From the human T2T-CHM13v2.0 reference genome, Homo sapiens, in NCBI RefSeq assembly GCF_009914755.1, contig NC_060936.1: a DNA stretch of 64,000 bases. The stretch is one strand, 5' to 3'. Below, in pieces: positions 61,756 to 64,000 of this stretch. The position numbers and the translations under genes were made by a program. Each line of letters starts with the position of its first letter. Position 1 is the stretch's first letter. The notes beneath the pieces were generated by a model. The model did not search any database and was not told the DNA's origin. It worked only from the letters and a program-made list of their open reading frames with translations.

Positions 61756-61951
61756 GATGTCAAGACAATATACTGTGGAAAGGGTAATATTTTCAAGGAA
61801 TGGTGCTTTAATAACTTAATATTCCATGCAAAAGATACGGTTTTGCCCCAACCTCACACCATGTAGGGAAATTAATTCAAAATTGATAATAAGCCTAAGA
61901 GCTAAAAATTTAAAACTCTTAGAAGAAATTATAGGTGTAAATCTTCATGAC

Positions 61952-62202
61952 TTTTTTTTTTACTTTAAGTTGTGAGATACATGTGCAGAATGTGCAGGTT
62001 TGTTACAGAGGTATACATGTTCCATGGTGGTTTACTGCACCTATCCACCCAACATCTAGGTTTTAAGGCCCACATGCATTAGGTATTTGTCCTAATGCTC
62101 TCCCTCTCCTTGCCCCCCGTCCCCTGTCAGGCCCCAGTGTGTGCTGTTCACCTCCCTGTGCCCATGTGTTCTCATTGTTCAACTCCCACTTATGAATGAG
62201 AT
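61952..62202 (-). mobile_element. L1PA (L1PA8-like) 3' UTR, interrupted by ERV9
   Basis: Poly-T then 'tactttaagttgtgagatacatgtgcagaa..catctaggttttaaggcccacatgcattaggtatttgtcctaatgc'. Confidence 0.88.
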
Positions 62203-62763
62203 TGAGAAGTGAAGCCAGCTGGACTTCTGGGTCAGGTGGGGACTTGGAGAACTTTTCTGTCTAGCTAAAGGATTGTAAATGCACCAATCAGCACTCTGTA
62301 AAAACACACCAATCAGCACTCTGTGTCTAGCTAAAGGACTGTAAACACACCAATCAGCACTCTATAAAAAGGACCAATCAGCAGGATGTGGGTGGGGCTA
62401 AATAAGAGAATAAAAGCTGGCCACCCAAGCCAGCAGTGGCAACCCGCTCAGGTCCCCTCCCACACTGTGGAAGCTTTGTTCTTTTGCTCTTCACAATAAA
62501 TCTTGCTGCTGCTCACTCTTTGGGTCTGCACTACCTTTATGAGCTGTAACACTCACTGTGAGGGTCTGCAGCTTCACTCCTGAAGTCAGTGAGACCACGA
62601 ACCCACCAGAAGGAAGAAACTCTGGACACATCTGAACATCTGAAGGAACAAACTCTGGACACACCATCTTTAAAAACTGTAACACTCACTGTGAGGGTCT
62701 GTGGCTTCATTCTTGAAATCATCAAGACCAAGAACCCACAAGAAGGAATAAATTCTGGACACA
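62203..62763 (+). mobile_element. LTR12-family 5' LTR of ERV9/HERV9 provirus
   Basis: TG...CA; start 'tgagaagtgaagccagctggacttctggg'; four 'accaatcagc' CCAAT repeats; AATAAA; duplicated U5 units 'gtaacactcactgtgagggtct' and 'gaaggaa..aactctggacaca'. Confidence 0.93.
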
Positions 62764-62766
62764 TTT

Positions 62767-62784
62767 TGGCAACCATGATGGGAC
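62767..62784 (+). promoter_or_regulatory. Retroviral primer-binding site (ERV9, tRNA-Arg type, degenerate)
   Basis: tggcaaccatgatgggac 3 nt after the LTR end; starts with TGG. Confidence 0.8.
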
Positions 62785-63865
62785 TATCGACTATCGCCAA
62801 GCGGTGAGTATCAGTGGACCTCTTTCGCTTGCTATTCTGTCCTATTTTTCCTTAGAATTCTGGGGCTAAATACTGGGCACCTGTCGGCCAGTTAAAAGTG
62901 ACTAGCGCAGCCACCAGACTAAAGACACGGGTGTCAGGCTTTCTAGGAAAGGGCTCTCTAACAACCCCTGACTCTTTGGAGTTGGGAGTGTTGGTTTGCC
63001 TGGAACCAGCTTCCGCTTTTTTACTTCTTCTGGACTGAGCCAAAGGTCAACAGAGAGGAAAGCCATTCAGATCTGGGTTCCTGACAACAAGTTGGTTGAC
63101 CCTGCGGCCATAAGCAGAACTCTCAAAGTTGTGTCGCCCAAGTGAGACTTGCCTATCTACCGTATCTATCCTGACCCTTGCCTCCTGGGTCCTAATGCCT
63201 GTCAGACAAACTTTCTCTTGCCTCTCTTCTCTGAGGCTAGTCCCACTTCTAAAAACTACTCCCTGTCTCTGGTACTTTTCTAGTTTCTCCTATAAGAATG
63301 ATTTCTAGTATAAACTCCAGGACTCTATTCCCATCTTTAGGCACCCGGGCTCACCAATCAGAAAGACAAAATTTTTGCCCAAAGCCCCATTGGAGGGAGA
63401 GGGGGGAATTATCTAATCTGGAATTTTAGGATCCCTCCTTAGACTAGCAGGCCTAACAAAAGCTATTCCTGAAGCTAGGATATGGGTAGCTTCAGAAATG
63501 ATATCCTTCCTATTCAAGTGAGGACAAAATGTGTTACTCTTCCAACCCTGGAGATCCCTTCCCTCCCTCAGGGTATGGCCCTCCACTTTATTTTTGGGGC
63601 ATAACATCTTTATAAGACAGTGGTAAGGTCCCAGTACTAACAGGAGAAAGCTTAGGACTCTAACAGGTTTTCTAGAATGCGTTGGTAAGGGCCACTACAT
63701 CTGATTTTTCTTGTTCCTCTTTGTGGTCTAGGAGGGAAAACTAGTGTTTCTGCTGCTGCGTCAGTGAGTGCAACTATTCCGATCAGCAAGATCCAGGGAC
63801 CGTTGTGGGTTCTTGCGTGGGAGAGAAACAAACAAACCAAAACCATGGGTGGTTTTGTCTTTCAG

Positions 63866-64000
63866 ATGGGAAACACTCAGGCATCATCAGCTCACCCTTA
63901 AAATGCATCCTAAGCCATTGGGACCAATTTGACCCACAAACCCTGAAAAAGAGGCAGCTCATTTTTTTCTGCACTATGGCTTGGTCCCAATTTTCTCTCT
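63866..64000 (+). pseudogene. gag: ERV9 gag N-terminus (matrix), frameshifted
   Basis: MGNTQASS then a shifted frame reads SPLKCILSHWDQFDPQTLKKRQLIFFCTMAW; the ATG frame hits TAA at codon 12. Confidence 0.85.

Larger units (their letters stand above)
60275..61950 (+). mobile_element. Continuation of host L1M ORF2
   Basis: 'gacagtttcactgatgaattctaccaaatg', 'KLYLFADDII', 'gacaaactgatcttaaaattcatttggaa'. Confidence 0.8.
62764..64000 (+). mobile_element. HERV9 internal region (leader and gag start), continues beyond window
   Basis: Follows LTR12 and PBS; splice donor GCG|GTGAGT at 62803/62804; gag-like sequence from 63866. Confidence 0.9.

Overview
AT-rich, CpG-poor primate genomic DNA, probably great ape or human, since Alu S/J elements and an L1PA2-like element are present. 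It looks intergenic or deep-intronic, and no host protein-coding gene, tRNA, rRNA or CRISPR array can be supported. The long ORFs are LINE-1 ORF2 remnants or simple-repeat artefacts. Main content: (1) an apparently full-length old L1MA-type LINE on the minus strand (28.5-38.3 kb) with a nested Alu, MER11 solo LTR and L1PA 3' fragment; (2) a young L1PA2-like insertion with a 5' inversion and an 18-bp TSD (57.3-60.3 kb) inside an older L1M; (3) the 5' LTR12, primer-binding site, leader and frameshifted gag start of an ERV9 provirus running off the right edge; (4) eight Alus, solo LTRs, MER20, a MADE1 hairpin, and many MIR/L2 relics. The most unusual items are an internal U6 snRNA fragment at the 5' break of an old L1, an orphan internal Alu fragment in that same L1, and a MADE1 hairpin whose two arms carry mirror-image substitutions. 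Also noted are a 359-nt purine-only tract, several motif clusters in unique sequence, and candidate exons near 21.5-23.8 kb. I found no convincing new biological system. Repeat subfamily names come from recalled consensus sequences and need Dfam/RepeatMasker confirmation.
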